Assembly: GCF_024298765.1 (NCBI RefSeq) | Contig: NZ_CP101210.1 | Length of the DNA stretch: 64,000 nt | Strand: one strand, 5' to 3' | DNA from: Escherichia coli | Lineage (GTDB): Bacteria; Pseudomonadota; Gammaproteobacteria; Enterobacterales; Enterobacteriaceae | Shown here: positions 1-11,261 of the stretch, in pieces | Numbering within the stretch: the stretch's first letter is position 1 | Layout of the letters: every line of letters starts with the position of its first letter | Translations under genes and position numbers: made by a program | The notes under the pieces: model-generated | What the model saw: only the letters and a program-made list of their open reading frames with translations | Told to the model about the DNA's origin: nothing | Database searches by the model: none

Positions 1-1
1 A

Positions 2-505
2 TTCACTATGCCAGAGCACAAATTTGTCACCCTGGAAGATACGCCGCTGATTGGTGTTACCCAGAGCTACTCCTGTTCGCTGGAGCAAATCTCTGATTTC
101 CGCCATGAAATGCGTTATCAGTTCTGGCACGATTTTCTCGGCAACGCGCCGACCATTCCGCCGGTGCTCTACGGCCTGAATGAAACGCGTCCGAGTCAGG
201 ATAAAGACGACGAACAAGAAGTATTCTATACCACCGCGTTAGCCCAGGATCAGGCAGATGGCTATGTACTGACGGGGCATCCGGTGATGCTGCAGGGCGG
301 CGAATATGTGATGTTTACCTATGAAGGTCTGGGAACCGGCGTGCAGGAGTTTATCCTGACGGTATACGGGACGTGCATGCCAATGCTCAACCTGACGCGC
401 CGTAAAGGTCAGGATATTGAGCGATACTACCCGGCAGAAGATGCCAAAGCGGGAGATCGCCCAATTAATCTGCGCTGTGAACTACTGATTCCGATCCGTC
501 GTTAA
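2..505 (+). CDS. rob: Rob transcriptional regulator, C-terminal portion (gene starts upstream of window)
   Basis: ORF in frame to window edge; C-terminus ...INLRCELLIPIRR matches Rob as recalled. Confidence 0.85.
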   Translation, partial: FTMPEHKFVTLEDTPLIGVTQSYSCSLEQISDFRHEMRYQFWHDFLGNAPTIPPVLYGLNETRPSQDKDDEQEVFYTTALAQDQADGYVLTGHPVMLQGGEYVMFTYEGLGTGVQEFILTVYGTCMPMLNLTRRKGQDIERYYPAEDAKAGDRPINLRCELLIPIRR

Positions 506-1149
506 CGCTGCAGCTCATCTAATGCAGGGGCGTCCAGATGCGAGATGTCCCCTGCGGTTTCAACGACCCAGCCAGACGCCAGCCACAGGCTTTCCTGATA
601 ATCCACGCGCGAAATAGAACAGTTACGCAGACGTAAGCGGCGCTCTGCCCATGCTGGTAATCCGAGAATCGTACTCACCAGACATCCCAGTGCAATACCA
701 TGGCTCACCAGCAGCGGTCGGCTTCCCTGCGGTAAGTCCCGGCAAGATTCCAGTGCCGCATTGACGCGATCGCTGAGCTCCTGCATTGACTCGCCTTCAG
801 GAATACGCCCGTCAACGGTGCCATTGACCAGCTGCCGACGCCAGTTCTCTTCTTCTTCGGTGAGTGAATCGATATTTCTTGTTTCCAGTACACCCATATT
901 TAATTCACGCAGGCGAGAATCAAAGATGATGTCACAGCCGCAGGCCTGGGCGATGATTTCCGCCGTGCGCCGGGTCCGTCCTAAATCGCTACTGATGATA
1001 TGCGTAATGCCAAGCTCTTTGGCACGGGTTGCCACCTGCATCGCCTGTTGCTCACCTTTGGCGGTCAGCGGGCTGTCAGACTGGCCCTGAATACGTCGCT
1101 CGGCGTTCCACTGCGTTTCACCGTGGCGGACTAGGTATACCTGTAACAT
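502..1149 (-). CDS. gpmB: phosphoglycerate mutase family protein GpmB
   Basis: 215 aa; N-terminal RHGETQWN histidine-phosphatase motif. Confidence 0.9.
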   Translation of the reverse strand: MLQVYLVRHGETQWNAERRIQGQSDSPLTAKGEQQAMQVATRAKELGITHIISSDLGRTRRTAEIIAQACGCDIIFDSRLRELNMGVLETRNIDSLTEEEENWRRQLVNGTVDGRIPEGESMQELSDRVNAALESCRDLPQGSRPLLVSHGIALGCLVSTILGLPAWAERRLRLRNCSISRVDYQESLWLASGWVVETAGDISHLDAPALDELQR

Positions 1150-1188
1150 GCTTTTTTTCCGTATACTGCTGTAACGTTAATTTTCTGA

Positions 1189-2051
<863 letters not shown>

Positions 2052-2125
2052 TTAGCGGGGGAAGCAAAATGCCTCCCCCGGTTGTACTCGCTAAAGAGTA
2101 CGATAGCATATCATAAACGTGCGGA

Positions 2126-4063
2126 TCAGTAACGACGTCCCCATTCCGTGGCGCTCATCAACGTCGGTTTATCCCCCATGAAATAGCGGTAGTAAGCGTC
2201 ATAAGCCAGCACGTTCTTCACATAACCGCGCGTCTCGGAGAACGGAATACTCTCGACAAATGCCACAGCGTCGATACGCCCGGCGCTGTTGCCAAGCCAG
2301 GTTCGCACCCGTCCAGGTCCGGCGTTATAAGCTGCTGAGGAGAAAATACGGTTATTGCCAAACTGCTGATAAACATATTGCAGGTAACTGGTGCCAATGT
2401 TGATGTTCGTTTCCGGATCCAGCAATTGCCCAGGGCTGCTATAACCAGGAATAGAGAACATCTTCACCGTATGGGTCGCCGTGCCCGGCATAATCTGCAT
2501 CAGGCCGCTGGCCCCTACCGGTGATTTCACTTTCGGATTCCAGGCGCTCTCCTGACGGGCAATCGCCATCGCATAGCTTTGCGGGATCTCCTTCCCACTG
2601 GTGTAACGTTTGAAAAGATCGTTGTAGGCCAGCGGGAACCTCTCTTCCAGATGATCCCAAAGCTTCCCGGCGATCGTTGCCTGAACGCTAAGATCCCACC
2701 ATTGGTTATTGAAAGCATACCGAGCCAGTTGCGCCTGCTCTGTTTTTGACTTGCTCTTCACCAGATTGGCCCACTCGCTACGCGCGGTATTATCGAGATT
2801 CCAGTACATCAACTCGCGCACGCGCGCCATCTCCGGCCCCTGAGTCAGGGCGCTGTCAACATTCTGCGGCGCTTTATCAATCTTCAGCTCATACTCTTCA
2901 CCGATGCGTTGTGCTGCAACCATCGGGTAGAAACCACGCTGTTGCATGAGTTGATGCAAAATCTCTTTTGCTTCAGCTTCACGTCCGCGTTCCAGCAGTA
3001 AATCCGCCTGCCAGTAACGCCATTCATCTTTCTCTTTCGCCTCCATCGGCAAACGCGCCAGCCAGGTATTCAGGCCGCGACGATCGCCGGTGCCAAGCGC
3101 CATTCGCACGCGCCGTTCAATAAGCGAAGTAGATTGCGAACGCATAATGGCGTCATCGCGCCATTTCGCCTGCTCATCGGTGACATCATTGCCCATCAAA
3201 CGCCAGGCGACGATATCGCGCAGCTCCTGAATCTGATCTTCATTAAGCTGCTGCGCCTGGGCAAGCGACGGGATCATCAGCCGTGCATTTTCAGCATCCT
3301 GCCGCGCCACACTGGCAAACGCCACCGCCGCCATTTGACGGGTAAAATCGGTCGCTCCGGTTGTACGCGCGAAGGTCAGTACCGTATTAGGGTTGTTCGC
3401 CAGTGAAATGATTGCCGAGGCGATAGTCTGGTAATCGGCAGGCATCTGCCCTGCCAGCACTGTTACGAGTCCAGTGTTACCCGCTTTCATCGCCAGACGG
3501 ATACGCTCTAAATACGCCAGCGGATCTTGTTTACCTGACGCACGCCAGACGCTAAATAACTTGTCACAGGCGTTAGGCTGGCTCTTGCCGGTTAGCCACA
3601 GCTCTTTCGCCCCTTGCCAGGCTTCTTCACTCTGCCCGGTGTTCCATTTCGCATAGTAGTAATTACATTGCGCTTCGGTAGTTCCGGGCTTTTCCGGACT
3701 AAAGGCTAACAAGCCACGCCAGTCTTCACGCCGCGCCAGTTCATTGACGAAACGAGATTGCAGCGTGCGAGCGGGAGGAAGCGTGGGGTTAGCGCGAACA
3801 AAGTTAGTCACCGTCACCGCCGGTTGATTCATCAGGTCATCGGTGATCTGGCGGTATTCCAGGTAGGGATAAAGCGGATAATCCTTCAGTCCAGGCATCA
3901 TTTGTTCGACCACATCCATTTGTCGATTATCCCAGGCCTGCTTGATTTGGGCGTAGCGGCTACGCTGCTCATCCAGTGAGTCGGCTCGCGCCACGCTGCT
4001 GACCGTCAGCAGACAGACACCGGCAGCCAACAGCCGCCAGGTAACTTGTTTGGCTTTTTCCAC
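2126..4063 (-). CDS. slt: soluble lytic murein transglycosylase
   Basis: ORF to 4093; start set at GTG giving 645 aa (MEKAKQVTWRLL) with GAGGAT Shine-Dalgarno. Confidence 0.9.
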   Translation of the reverse strand: MEKAKQVTWRLLAAGVCLLTVSSVARADSLDEQRSRYAQIKQAWDNRQMDVVEQMMPGLKDYPLYPYLEYRQITDDLMNQPAVTVTNFVRANPTLPPARTLQSRFVNELARREDWRGLLAFSPEKPGTTEAQCNYYYAKWNTGQSEEAWQGAKELWLTGKSQPNACDKLFSVWRASGKQDPLAYLERIRLAMKAGNTGLVTVLAGQMPADYQTIASAIISLANNPNTVLTFARTTGATDFTRQMAAVAFASVARQDAENARLMIPSLAQAQQLNEDQIQELRDIVAWRLMGNDVTDEQAKWRDDAIMRSQSTSLIERRVRMALGTGDRRGLNTWLARLPMEAKEKDEWRYWQADLLLERGREAEAKEILHQLMQQRGFYPMVAAQRIGEEYELKIDKAPQNVDSALTQGPEMARVRELMYWNLDNTARSEWANLVKSKSKTEQAQLARYAFNNQWWDLSVQATIAGKLWDHLEERFPLAYNDLFKRYTSGKEIPQSYAMAIARQESAWNPKVKSPVGASGLMQIMPGTATHTVKMFSIPGYSSPGQLLDPETNINIGTSYLQYVYQQFGNNRIFSSAAYNAGPGRVRTWLGNSAGRIDAVAFVESIPFSETRGYVKNVLAYDAYYRYFMGDKPTLMSATEWGRRY

Positions 4064-4194
4064 AAGCGCATCCTCTAAGTGTAAATACATCAATGCAGCG
4101 TCATGCCGCGTAATAGATTTATGCTAACCAGTCATTGCCGTTTACGCCACGTTACGGACACTTTTTTACTTTTATACTCTAAATAATTCGAGTT

Positions 4195-4330
4195 GCAGGA
4201 AGGCGATAAGTGAGTGAGTCCCCAGGAGCTTACAGAAGTAAGTGACTGGGGTGAGCGAGCGTAAGCGCAGCACATGCAACTTGAAGTATGACGAGTATAC
4301 TGCGAGGGTGATCGACCGGCTGGGATTAGA
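4195..4330. repeat. ERIC/IRU intergenic repeat
   Basis: contains gtgagtccccaggagcttacag and aagtaagtgactggggtgagcg, which match the classic ERIC1R/ERIC2 primer sites; boundaries approximate. Confidence 0.65.
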
Positions 4331-4398
4331 TAAGGAAACAGGCTACACTTCGCCTTTGAAAACTCATCATCACGATAAACATAGAGGCGAAGTCCAAC

Positions 4399-6066
4399 GT
4401 GGCTCAATTCGTTTATACCATGCATCGTGTCGGCAAAGTTGTTCCGCCGAAACGTCATATTTTGAAAAACATCTCTCTGAGTTTCTTCCCTGGGGCAAAA
4501 ATTGGTGTCCTGGGTCTGAACGGCGCGGGTAAGTCCACCCTGCTGCGCATTATGGCGGGCATTGATAAAGACATCGAAGGCGAAGCGCGTCCGCAACCGG
4601 ATATCAAGATTGGTTATCTGCCGCAGGAACCGCAGCTGAACCCGGAACACACCGTGCGTGAGTCCATTGAAGAAGCGGTTTCTGAAGTGGTTAACGCCCT
4701 GAAACGCCTAGATGAAGTGTATGCGCTGTACGCCGATCCGGATGCCGATTTTGACAAGCTGGCCGCTGAACAAGGCCGTCTGGAAGAGATCATTCAGGCT
4801 CACGACGGTCACAACCTGAACGTTCAGCTGGAGCGTGCGGCGGATGCGCTGCGTCTGCCGGACTGGGACGCGAAAATCGCTAACCTCTCCGGTGGTGAGC
4901 GTCGTCGCGTGGCGTTGTGCCGCCTGCTGCTGGAAAAACCAGACATGCTGCTGCTCGACGAACCGACGAACCACCTGGATGCCGAATCCGTGGCGTGGCT
5001 GGAACGCTTCCTGCACGACTTCGAAGGCACCGTTGTGGCGATTACCCACGACCGTTACTTCCTCGATAACGTGGCGGGCTGGATCCTCGAACTGGACCGT
5101 GGTGAAGGTATTCCGTGGGAAGGTAACTACTCCTCCTGGCTGGAGCAGAAAGATCAACGTCTGGCGCAGGAAGCTTCACAAGAAGCTGCGCGTCGTAAGT
5201 CGATTGAGAAAGAGCTGGAGTGGGTACGTCAGGGGACTAAAGGCCGTCAGTCGAAAGGTAAAGCACGTCTGGCGCGTTTTGAAGAGCTGAACAGCACCGA
5301 ATATCAGAAACGTAACGAAACCAACGAACTGTTTATTCCACCGGGACCGCGTCTTGGCGATAAAGTGCTGGAAGTCAACAACCTGCGTAAATCCTATGGC
5401 GATCGTCTGCTGATTGATGACCTGAGCTTCTCGATCCCGAAAGGAGCGATCGTCGGGATCATCGGTCCGAACGGTGCGGGTAAATCGACCCTGTTCCGTA
5501 TGATCTCCGGTCAGGAACAGCCGGACAGCGGCACCATCACTTTAGGTGAAACGGTGAAACTGGCATCGGTTGATCAGTTCCGTGACTCAATGGATAACAG
5601 CAAAACCGTTTGGGAAGAAGTTTCCGGCGGGCTGGATATCATGAAGATCGGCAACACCGAGATGCCAAGCCGTGCCTACGTTGGCCGCTTTAACTTTAAA
5701 GGGGTTGATCAGGGTAAACGCGTTGGTGAACTCTCCGGCGGTGAGCGCGGTCGTCTGCATCTGGCGAAGCTGCTGCAAGTTGGCGGCAACATGCTGCTGC
5801 TCGACGAACCGACCAACGACCTGGATATCGAAACCCTGCGTGCGCTGGAAAACGCCCTGCTGGAGTTCCCGGGCTGCGCGATGGTTATCTCGCACGACCG
5901 TTGGTTCCTCGACCGTATCGCCACGCACATCCTGGACTACCAGGATGAAGGTAAAGTTGAGTTCTTCGAAGGTAACTTTACCGAGTACGAAGAGTACAAG
6001 AAACGCACGCTGGGCGCAGACGCGCTGGAGCCGAAGCGTATCAAGTACAAGCGTATTGCGAAGTAA
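4399..6066 (+). CDS. ettA: energy-dependent translational throttle ABC-F ATPase EttA
   Basis: 555 aa; two ABC cassettes (GLNGAGKST, GPNGAGKST; LSGGERRR, LSGGERGR). Confidence 0.95.
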   Translation: MAQFVYTMHRVGKVVPPKRHILKNISLSFFPGAKIGVLGLNGAGKSTLLRIMAGIDKDIEGEARPQPDIKIGYLPQEPQLNPEHTVRESIEEAVSEVVNALKRLDEVYALYADPDADFDKLAAEQGRLEEIIQAHDGHNLNVQLERAADALRLPDWDAKIANLSGGERRRVALCRLLLEKPDMLLLDEPTNHLDAESVAWLERFLHDFEGTVVAITHDRYFLDNVAGWILELDRGEGIPWEGNYSSWLEQKDQRLAQEASQEAARRKSIEKELEWVRQGTKGRQSKGKARLARFEELNSTEYQKRNETNELFIPPGPRLGDKVLEVNNLRKSYGDRLLIDDLSFSIPKGAIVGIIGPNGAGKSTLFRMISGQEQPDSGTITLGETVKLASVDQFRDSMDNSKTVWEEVSGGLDIMKIGNTEMPSRAYVGRFNFKGVDQGKRVGELSGGERGRLHLAKLLQVGGNMLLLDEPTNDLDIETLRALENALLEFPGCAMVISHDRWFLDRIATHILDYQDEGKVEFFEGNFTEYEEYKKRTLGADALEPKRIKYKRIAK

Positions 6067-6076
6067 TGCGTAAAAT

Positions 6077-6108
6077 GCCGGATGCGGCGCGCCAGCATCG
6101 CATCCGGT
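6077..6108. terminator. REP-like hairpin between convergent ettA and antitoxin gene
   Basis: gccggatgcg...cgcatccggt inverted repeat. Confidence 0.5.
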
Positions 6109-6121
6109 ATTAGTTAAATGA

Positions 6122-6406
6122 TTAATGGGAGGCAAGTTCCCGGAAAAAGGCAGGATTTTCTTTAATTGTGGCAAGTACTTTTGCAGCCAATCCCGTAGGA
6201 TTTCTTCGCTTCGATTCCCAGCTTTTAATGGTATCCACACTGGTTCCCAGAGCTTTTGCCATCTCACTTTGCGAAACGTTGAGTTGCTCACGAATAGCTT
6301 TAACATCCGCAATTTCGTAGCGGGTCACCCGTGCAGGTTCTTTTAAACCTTGTTTAATCTCGACAGCCTCTTCCAGAGAGGTTTTCAACTCATCAAAAAA
6401 ACTCAT
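6122..6406 (-). CDS. HTH (XRE-like) antitoxin, HigA-like
   Basis: 94 aa with HTH (LNVSQSEMAKALGTSVDTIKSWE); ATG lies 1 nt after the toxin TAA. Confidence 0.7.
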   Translation of the reverse strand: MSFFDELKTSLEEAVEIKQGLKEPARVTRYEIADVKAIREQLNVSQSEMAKALGTSVDTIKSWESKRRNPTGLAAKVLATIKENPAFFRELASH

Positions 6407-6407
6407 T

Positions 6408-6740
6408 TTATATCTCGCCTTTGAGCAGTTTCGTCAACTTCTTTAGTTGAGCTTTTTCCGTATCTGTCAGACTATCTTTGGCATTTTTCGGATAGGCCAT
6501 AATCAAATAAATAATCTCTTCCGTCGCCAGAAAGTAAATTATTCTGACACTGCCACTTTTTCCCTGTGAACCCGCAACCATTCGGACTTTACGCAATCCA
6601 CCAGTCTGCTGAATGAGATCACCTTTATCGGGAGTTCCGATGAGTTCTTTTTGCAATTCCTTTAATTCATCATCGGTTGCAATCTGCTTGATCTGACGCG
6701 TAAACATTGGCGTCTCTATAAATATTATCGCCTTACCCAT
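6408..6740 (-). CDS. RelE/ParE-superfamily toxin, HigB-like
   Basis: ORF to 6818; start set at ATG 6740 preceded by GGGAGGGG Shine-Dalgarno; 110 aa; toxin-first operon order. Confidence 0.65.
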   Translation of the reverse strand: MGKAIIFIETPMFTRQIKQIATDDELKELQKELIGTPDKGDLIQQTGGLRKVRMVAGSQGKSGSVRIIYFLATEEIIYLIMAYPKNAKDSLTDTEKAQLKKLTKLLKGEI

Positions 6741-6756
6741 TACCCCTCCCTGGCAG

Positions 6757-6767
6757 GTACATTGTAC
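6757..6767 (-). promoter_or_regulatory. palindromic putative operator (GTACA-A-TGTAC) overlapping a TACAAT -10-like hexamer upstream of the toxin gene
   Basis: read directly from sequence. Confidence 0.35.
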
Positions 6768-6831
6768 ACCAAAATGGAGTGCTAAGTACACTTTTGAATC
6801 AGTAATCCCACTCAACATCTTATAAAGATGA

Positions 6832-8064
6832 TTATCTTTGCTCCCCCATCATCTCCCGCACCAGCTCTACGCAGCGCAGGAAACGGCTGTCATAATCGTC
6901 TTCTTCAACCCGCACAAATTCGATATTGTTCTCTTCCAGCATCTCCACCAGCAAGTTCTGGAACTCTTTGCGATCCACCGAACTGCCGAGGCTGCGTAAA
7001 CCATCCGCCACCCAAGGGGTGTTGTTCTCCAGCAAGATAACCAGATCAAAACGGTATTCATCGATCAGCGCCTGCACGAACGGATGCTCCCGCCCTTCGT
7101 ACTTTTTGCAGAACGCCTGGGTAGTGACAAAATCAGTGTCGATAAACGCCACTTTATTGGCATATTTCACTGCAAAATCAATGTATTGTGCGTGTCCCAG
7201 CGCGATTTTATCGTAGTCGGAATACTGCAATGCGATCTCATCACCGCCGAGGTGTGAAAAGACATAATCGCGACCATATTCCCACGCACTGGTGGTATTG
7301 AAGATATTGGCAAGTTTGTTTACCAGGGTGGATTTACCGCTCGACTCGCCGCCAAGGATCGCCACGGTACGCACAAAAAACGGCTTCACTTCAGTGGGGA
7401 TATATTCCCAGTAGCGGAACGGGTTTTCGCGGATCTGCGCACCGCTGATACTCATAAAGGTGCGTTTCGGATCGACCAGCACCGTTTCGATCCCCAGATG
7501 TTCCATATACTGTGGCGCATCGGCTTCTTCCGAGGTGTAGATCAGGTCCGGCTGGATCCCCTTTTCAGCCATAAACTTTTTGATGCCGTTGCTCCACACA
7601 TCCCAGCCGTGCGGATACGGCTCCATGCCCTCTTCGTTGAAGGCATGAATACGGATATTTTTCTGATATTTAAAGGTTTGCAATAACCAGCGCAGACGAT
7701 CCGGCACGGTGGGCTGCTGCGACATGGCGCTGTCTTCAAACAACGCGCGGTCGCGGGTATCGTCAAAGCCCATAATGATATGCAGCTCGTCAACCTGGCT
7801 ACAGGCGCGCTGGATAAGGTAGATATGTCCGGTATGTAGCGGGTAGAACTTACCGAATACGACACCAATGGTTTTCTTTTGGCGGGGAAATTCAAGCCCC
7901 AAAAAACGGTGCAACGCCTCCAGCTTTTGCGCGCTGGGGCTTTTAATTTTGGCATTCAGTAACTGGCTTAAATACCCTTTGGTCATACCGCTGGCATCAG
8001 CTACCTGCTGTAGCGTGCAGCCCTGTTGCTTGATGGCAGTTTTCAGGTAATCAAATGACGACAT
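6832..8064 (-). CDS. nadR: NadR: NAD biosynthesis regulator / NMN adenylyltransferase / ribosylnicotinamide kinase
   Basis: start placed to give 410 aa (MSSFDYLKTAIKQQ); HTH, HTGH motif and GGESSGKST P-loop. Confidence 0.9.
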   Translation of the reverse strand: MSSFDYLKTAIKQQGCTLQQVADASGMTKGYLSQLLNAKIKSPSAQKLEALHRFLGLEFPRQKKTIGVVFGKFYPLHTGHIYLIQRACSQVDELHIIMGFDDTRDRALFEDSAMSQQPTVPDRLRWLLQTFKYQKNIRIHAFNEEGMEPYPHGWDVWSNGIKKFMAEKGIQPDLIYTSEEADAPQYMEHLGIETVLVDPKRTFMSISGAQIRENPFRYWEYIPTEVKPFFVRTVAILGGESSGKSTLVNKLANIFNTTSAWEYGRDYVFSHLGGDEIALQYSDYDKIALGHAQYIDFAVKYANKVAFIDTDFVTTQAFCKKYEGREHPFVQALIDEYRFDLVILLENNTPWVADGLRSLGSSVDRKEFQNLLVEMLEENNIEFVRVEEDDYDSRFLRCVELVREMMGEQR

Positions 8065-8084
8065 ATCTCCCTCCGTATCTCTCA

Positions 8085-9467
8085 TTATAAGTCGTCGAAC
8101 ACGCTAAGCGCGTCGGAGAGTTTTTTAACGCCAAAAATCTGCATCCCTTCCGGCGCTTTTTTCGGCACGTTAGCCGCCGGAACAATCGCCCGCCGAAAAC
8201 CGTGTTTCGCCGCTTCAGAGATTCGTTCCTGGCCGCTGGGCACCGGGCGGATCTCCCCTGCCAGCCCGACTTCACCAAACACCACCAGATCCTGCGGCAG
8301 CGGTCTGTCGCGCAGGCTGGAAACCATCGCCAGCAGTAACGCTAAGTCGGCGCTGGTTTCCGTCACCTTCACGCCGCCGACCACGTTAACAAATACATCC
8401 TGATCGGCCATTTGCAACCCACCGTGACGGTGCAGCACCGCCAGCAGGATTGCCAGACGGTTTTGCTCCAGCCCCACTGCCACGCGGCGTGGGTTCGCCA
8501 TCATCGAGTGATCGACCAATGCCTGAATCTCCACCAGCAGTGGACGCGTTCCTTCCCATACCACCATCACTGAGCTACCGGAGGTCACTTCATCACCGCG
8601 GCTTAAAAAGATGGCGGAAGGGTTGCTAACTTCACGCAGCCCCTGTTCGGTCATCGCGAAGACGCCCAGCTCATTCACCGCGCCGAAGCGGTTTTTATGG
8701 CTGCGTAAGGTGCGAAAACGGGAGTCGGCATCGCCATCCAGAAGCACTGAACAGTCGATACAGTGTTCCAGCACTTTAGGGCCAGCCAGCGAGCCATCTT
8801 TGGTTACGTGCCCCACCATGACAATCGCCACGCCGCGCGTTTTGGCGAAGCGCGTCAGATAAGCCGCCGTTTCACGCACCTGCGCCACGCTGCCAGGCGA
8901 TGATTGTACATCCGCCATATGCATCACCTGGATCGAGTCAATTACCATCAGCTTCGGTTGCTCTTCTTCGGCAATCAGGCAGATTTGTTCGATGCTGGTT
9001 TCCGACAACATATTGAGATTGTCAGTCGGCAGGCCAAGGCGATGAGCGCGCATTGCCACCTGTTGCAGCGACTCTTCGCCAGTGACATACAGCGTTTTCA
9101 TCTGCTGCGCCAGTTTGCACAGCGTTTGCAACAGCAGCGTGGATTTCCCGGCACCTGGGTTACCGCCAATCAGAATGGCACTTCCCGGCACCACGCCGCC
9201 GCCTAGTACGCGGTCGAACTCTTTAAATCCGGTGGAAAAACGCGGCAGCTCTTCAAGGCTGATGTCGGAAAGTTTCTGGACTTTTGCCACTCCGGCGCTA
9301 CCGGCATAGCCACTGAGACGCTCGTTACGCGCCACCGTTGGCGACGCAGCAAGACGCACCTCGGTGATGGTGTTCCAGGCATGACAGGCGCTGCACTGCC
9401 CCTGCCAGCGCGGATAATCGGCCCCGCATTCATTACAAACAAAGGCGCGTTTTGGAGCTTTTGCCAC
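8085..9467 (-). CDS. radA: DNA repair protein RadA/Sms
   Basis: 460 aa from GTG (VAKAPKRAF); C4 zinc finger, GNPGAGKST Walker A, Lon-like C-terminus. Confidence 0.9.
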   Translation of the reverse strand: MAKAPKRAFVCNECGADYPRWQGQCSACHAWNTITEVRLAASPTVARNERLSGYAGSAGVAKVQKLSDISLEELPRFSTGFKEFDRVLGGGVVPGSAILIGGNPGAGKSTLLLQTLCKLAQQMKTLYVTGEESLQQVAMRAHRLGLPTDNLNMLSETSIEQICLIAEEEQPKLMVIDSIQVMHMADVQSSPGSVAQVRETAAYLTRFAKTRGVAIVMVGHVTKDGSLAGPKVLEHCIDCSVLLDGDADSRFRTLRSHKNRFGAVNELGVFAMTEQGLREVSNPSAIFLSRGDEVTSGSSVMVVWEGTRPLLVEIQALVDHSMMANPRRVAVGLEQNRLAILLAVLHRHGGLQMADQDVFVNVVGGVKVTETSADLALLLAMVSSLRDRPLPQDLVVFGEVGLAGEIRPVPSGQERISEAAKHGFRRAIVPAANVPKKAPEGMQIFGVKKLSDALSVFDDL

Positions 9468-9515
9468 GGTGTACCTCGTTAATGCTGTGCCGCCCGCAGG
9501 ATGACGGGCAGGCAA

Positions 9516-10484
9516 TTACTTCTGATTCAGGCTGCCAGAGAGGATGCAGAATACACCCATCAGGTCAGCGTGACGGATGGTGACTTCCGTTTTTTCATTC
9601 ACTTTTGGCTTGGCATGGTAGGCAATCCCCAGCCCTGCCGCTTTGATCATCGGCAGGTCATTGGCTCCATCGCCAATCGCCACGGTCTGCGCCAGCGGGA
9701 TTTCATACTCCTGCGCGAGGCGAGTCAGAGTTTTCGCTTTGTACTGCGCGTCAACGATGTCGCCGATCACATTGCCGGTAAATTTACCGTCCATGATCTC
9801 CAGTTCATTGGCTACCACGGCTGTCAGGCGCAGCTTGTCGCGCAGGTATTCAGCAAAGAAAGTAAAGCCGCCGGAGGCAATCGCCACTTTCCAGCCCAGC
9901 GTTTCCAGCTTGAGTACCAGCTGCGTTAAGCCTGGCATCATCGGCAGATTTTCACGCACCTGTTGCAGGATATTGGCGTCAGCGCCTTTCAGCGTCGCCA
10001 CACGGCTGCGCAGGCTGGCGGTAAAATCGAGTTCGCCGCGCATCGCCCGTTCGGTTACCTCCGCCACCCTCTCGCCCGTTCCGGCCAGTTTGGCAATTTC
10101 ATCAATACATTCAATCTGGATGGCGGTGGAATCCATGTCCATCACCAGCAAACCCGGCGTGCGCAGGTGCGGGATTTTCCCCAGCGGCGCGACATCCAGC
10201 TGCGCTTCGTGGGCCAGGCGCGTAGCCCGCGCGGTGAGTGAACCTGCCAGACGAATCACCTGATAATCTTCCACGCACCAGGCGGCAACAATCACCATCG
10301 CCGCGCCCAGTTTGCTCTGGTATTGGGTCAGACGTTGTTTATCCAGCCCACGACCATACAGCAGCCAGCCGCTACGACCTGCGTGGTAATCCAGTGGCAT
10401 CACTTCATCACCACTTAATGAAAGAGGCAGACCGGGCCATAAAGAGACATCTTCAGGCAGGTCGCACCAGGTAATGTTAGGCAT
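9516..10484 (-). CDS. serB: phosphoserine phosphatase
   Basis: start set at MPNITWCDL (322 aa); HAD motif DMDST. Confidence 0.9.
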   Translation of the reverse strand: MPNITWCDLPEDVSLWPGLPLSLSGDEVMPLDYHAGRSGWLLYGRGLDKQRLTQYQSKLGAAMVIVAAWCVEDYQVIRLAGSLTARATRLAHEAQLDVAPLGKIPHLRTPGLLVMDMDSTAIQIECIDEIAKLAGTGERVAEVTERAMRGELDFTASLRSRVATLKGADANILQQVRENLPMMPGLTQLVLKLETLGWKVAIASGGFTFFAEYLRDKLRLTAVVANELEIMDGKFTGNVIGDIVDAQYKAKTLTRLAQEYEIPLAQTVAIGDGANDLPMIKAAGLGIAYHAKPKVNEKTEVTIRHADLMGVFCILSGSLNQK

Positions 10485-10589
10485 TAAGGCTCCTGTAAAA
10501 TCGTTCGAAGCAGGGAAAATAACGCATGAGGCTACCTTGTATCCATTGCTTCTGGCAACATTAAGTCTCAAATTTTCAAAGGGTGGAAG

Positions 10590-11234
10590 ATGGCTCGCAC
10601 AAAACTGAAATTCCGGCTGCATCGGGCAGTGATTGTCCTGTTCTGTCTTGCCTTGTTAGTGGCGCTGATGCAGGGAGCGTCATGGTTTAGTCAAAACCAC
10701 CAGCGACAGCGTAATCCGCAGCTGGAAGAACTGGCCCGCACCCTGGCGCGTCAGGTGACGCTGAACGTTGCACCGCTGATGCGTACCGAGTCACCAGATG
10801 AAAAACGCATTCAGGCGATCCTCGATCAGTTAACGGATGAAAGCCGTATCCTCGACGCGGGCGTATATGATGAACAAGGCGATCTTATCGCCCGTTCTGG
10901 CGAAAGCGTCGACGTGCGCGACCGGCTGGCGCTCGACGGCAAAAAAGCGGGCGGCTATTTTAACCAGCAGATTGTCGAACCCATTGCGGGTAAAAACGGA
11001 CCGCTCGGCTATCTGCGCCTGACGCTCGACACCCATACGCTCGCCACCGAAGCCCAACAGGTGGATAACACCACTAACATTTTACGCCTGATGTTGCTGC
11101 TCTCGCTGGCAATCGGCGTAGTGCTGACCCGCACGCTGCTACAGGGTAAACGCACCCGCTGGCAGCAATCGCCCTTCCTGTTAACCGCCAGTAAACCGGT
11201 GCCGGAAGAGGAAGAAAGCGAGAAAAAAGAGTGA
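10590..11234 (+). CDS. ytjB: inner-membrane protein YtjB (Smp)
   Basis: 214 aa with N-terminal TM helix; conserved position beside serB. Confidence 0.85.
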   Translation: MARTKLKFRLHRAVIVLFCLALLVALMQGASWFSQNHQRQRNPQLEELARTLARQVTLNVAPLMRTESPDEKRIQAILDQLTDESRILDAGVYDEQGDLIARSGESVDVRDRLALDGKKAGGYFNQQIVEPIAGKNGPLGYLRLTLDTHTLATEAQQVDNTTNILRLMLLLSLAIGVVLTRTLLQGKRTRWQQSPFLLTASKPVPEEEESEKKE

Positions 11235-11261
11235 CCCATTACTACAAGAAAGGAAATCGTT

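Noticed and set aside
4132-4650. 172-aa minus-strand ORF spanning the slt-ettA intergenic region and the ettA 5' end
   Set aside because: Runs antisense through the ERIC repeat and the well-supported ettA start; no Shine-Dalgarno and no recognisable domain
9643-10263. 206-aa plus-strand ORF
   Set aside because: Antisense to serB; Ser/Arg-rich shadow ORF
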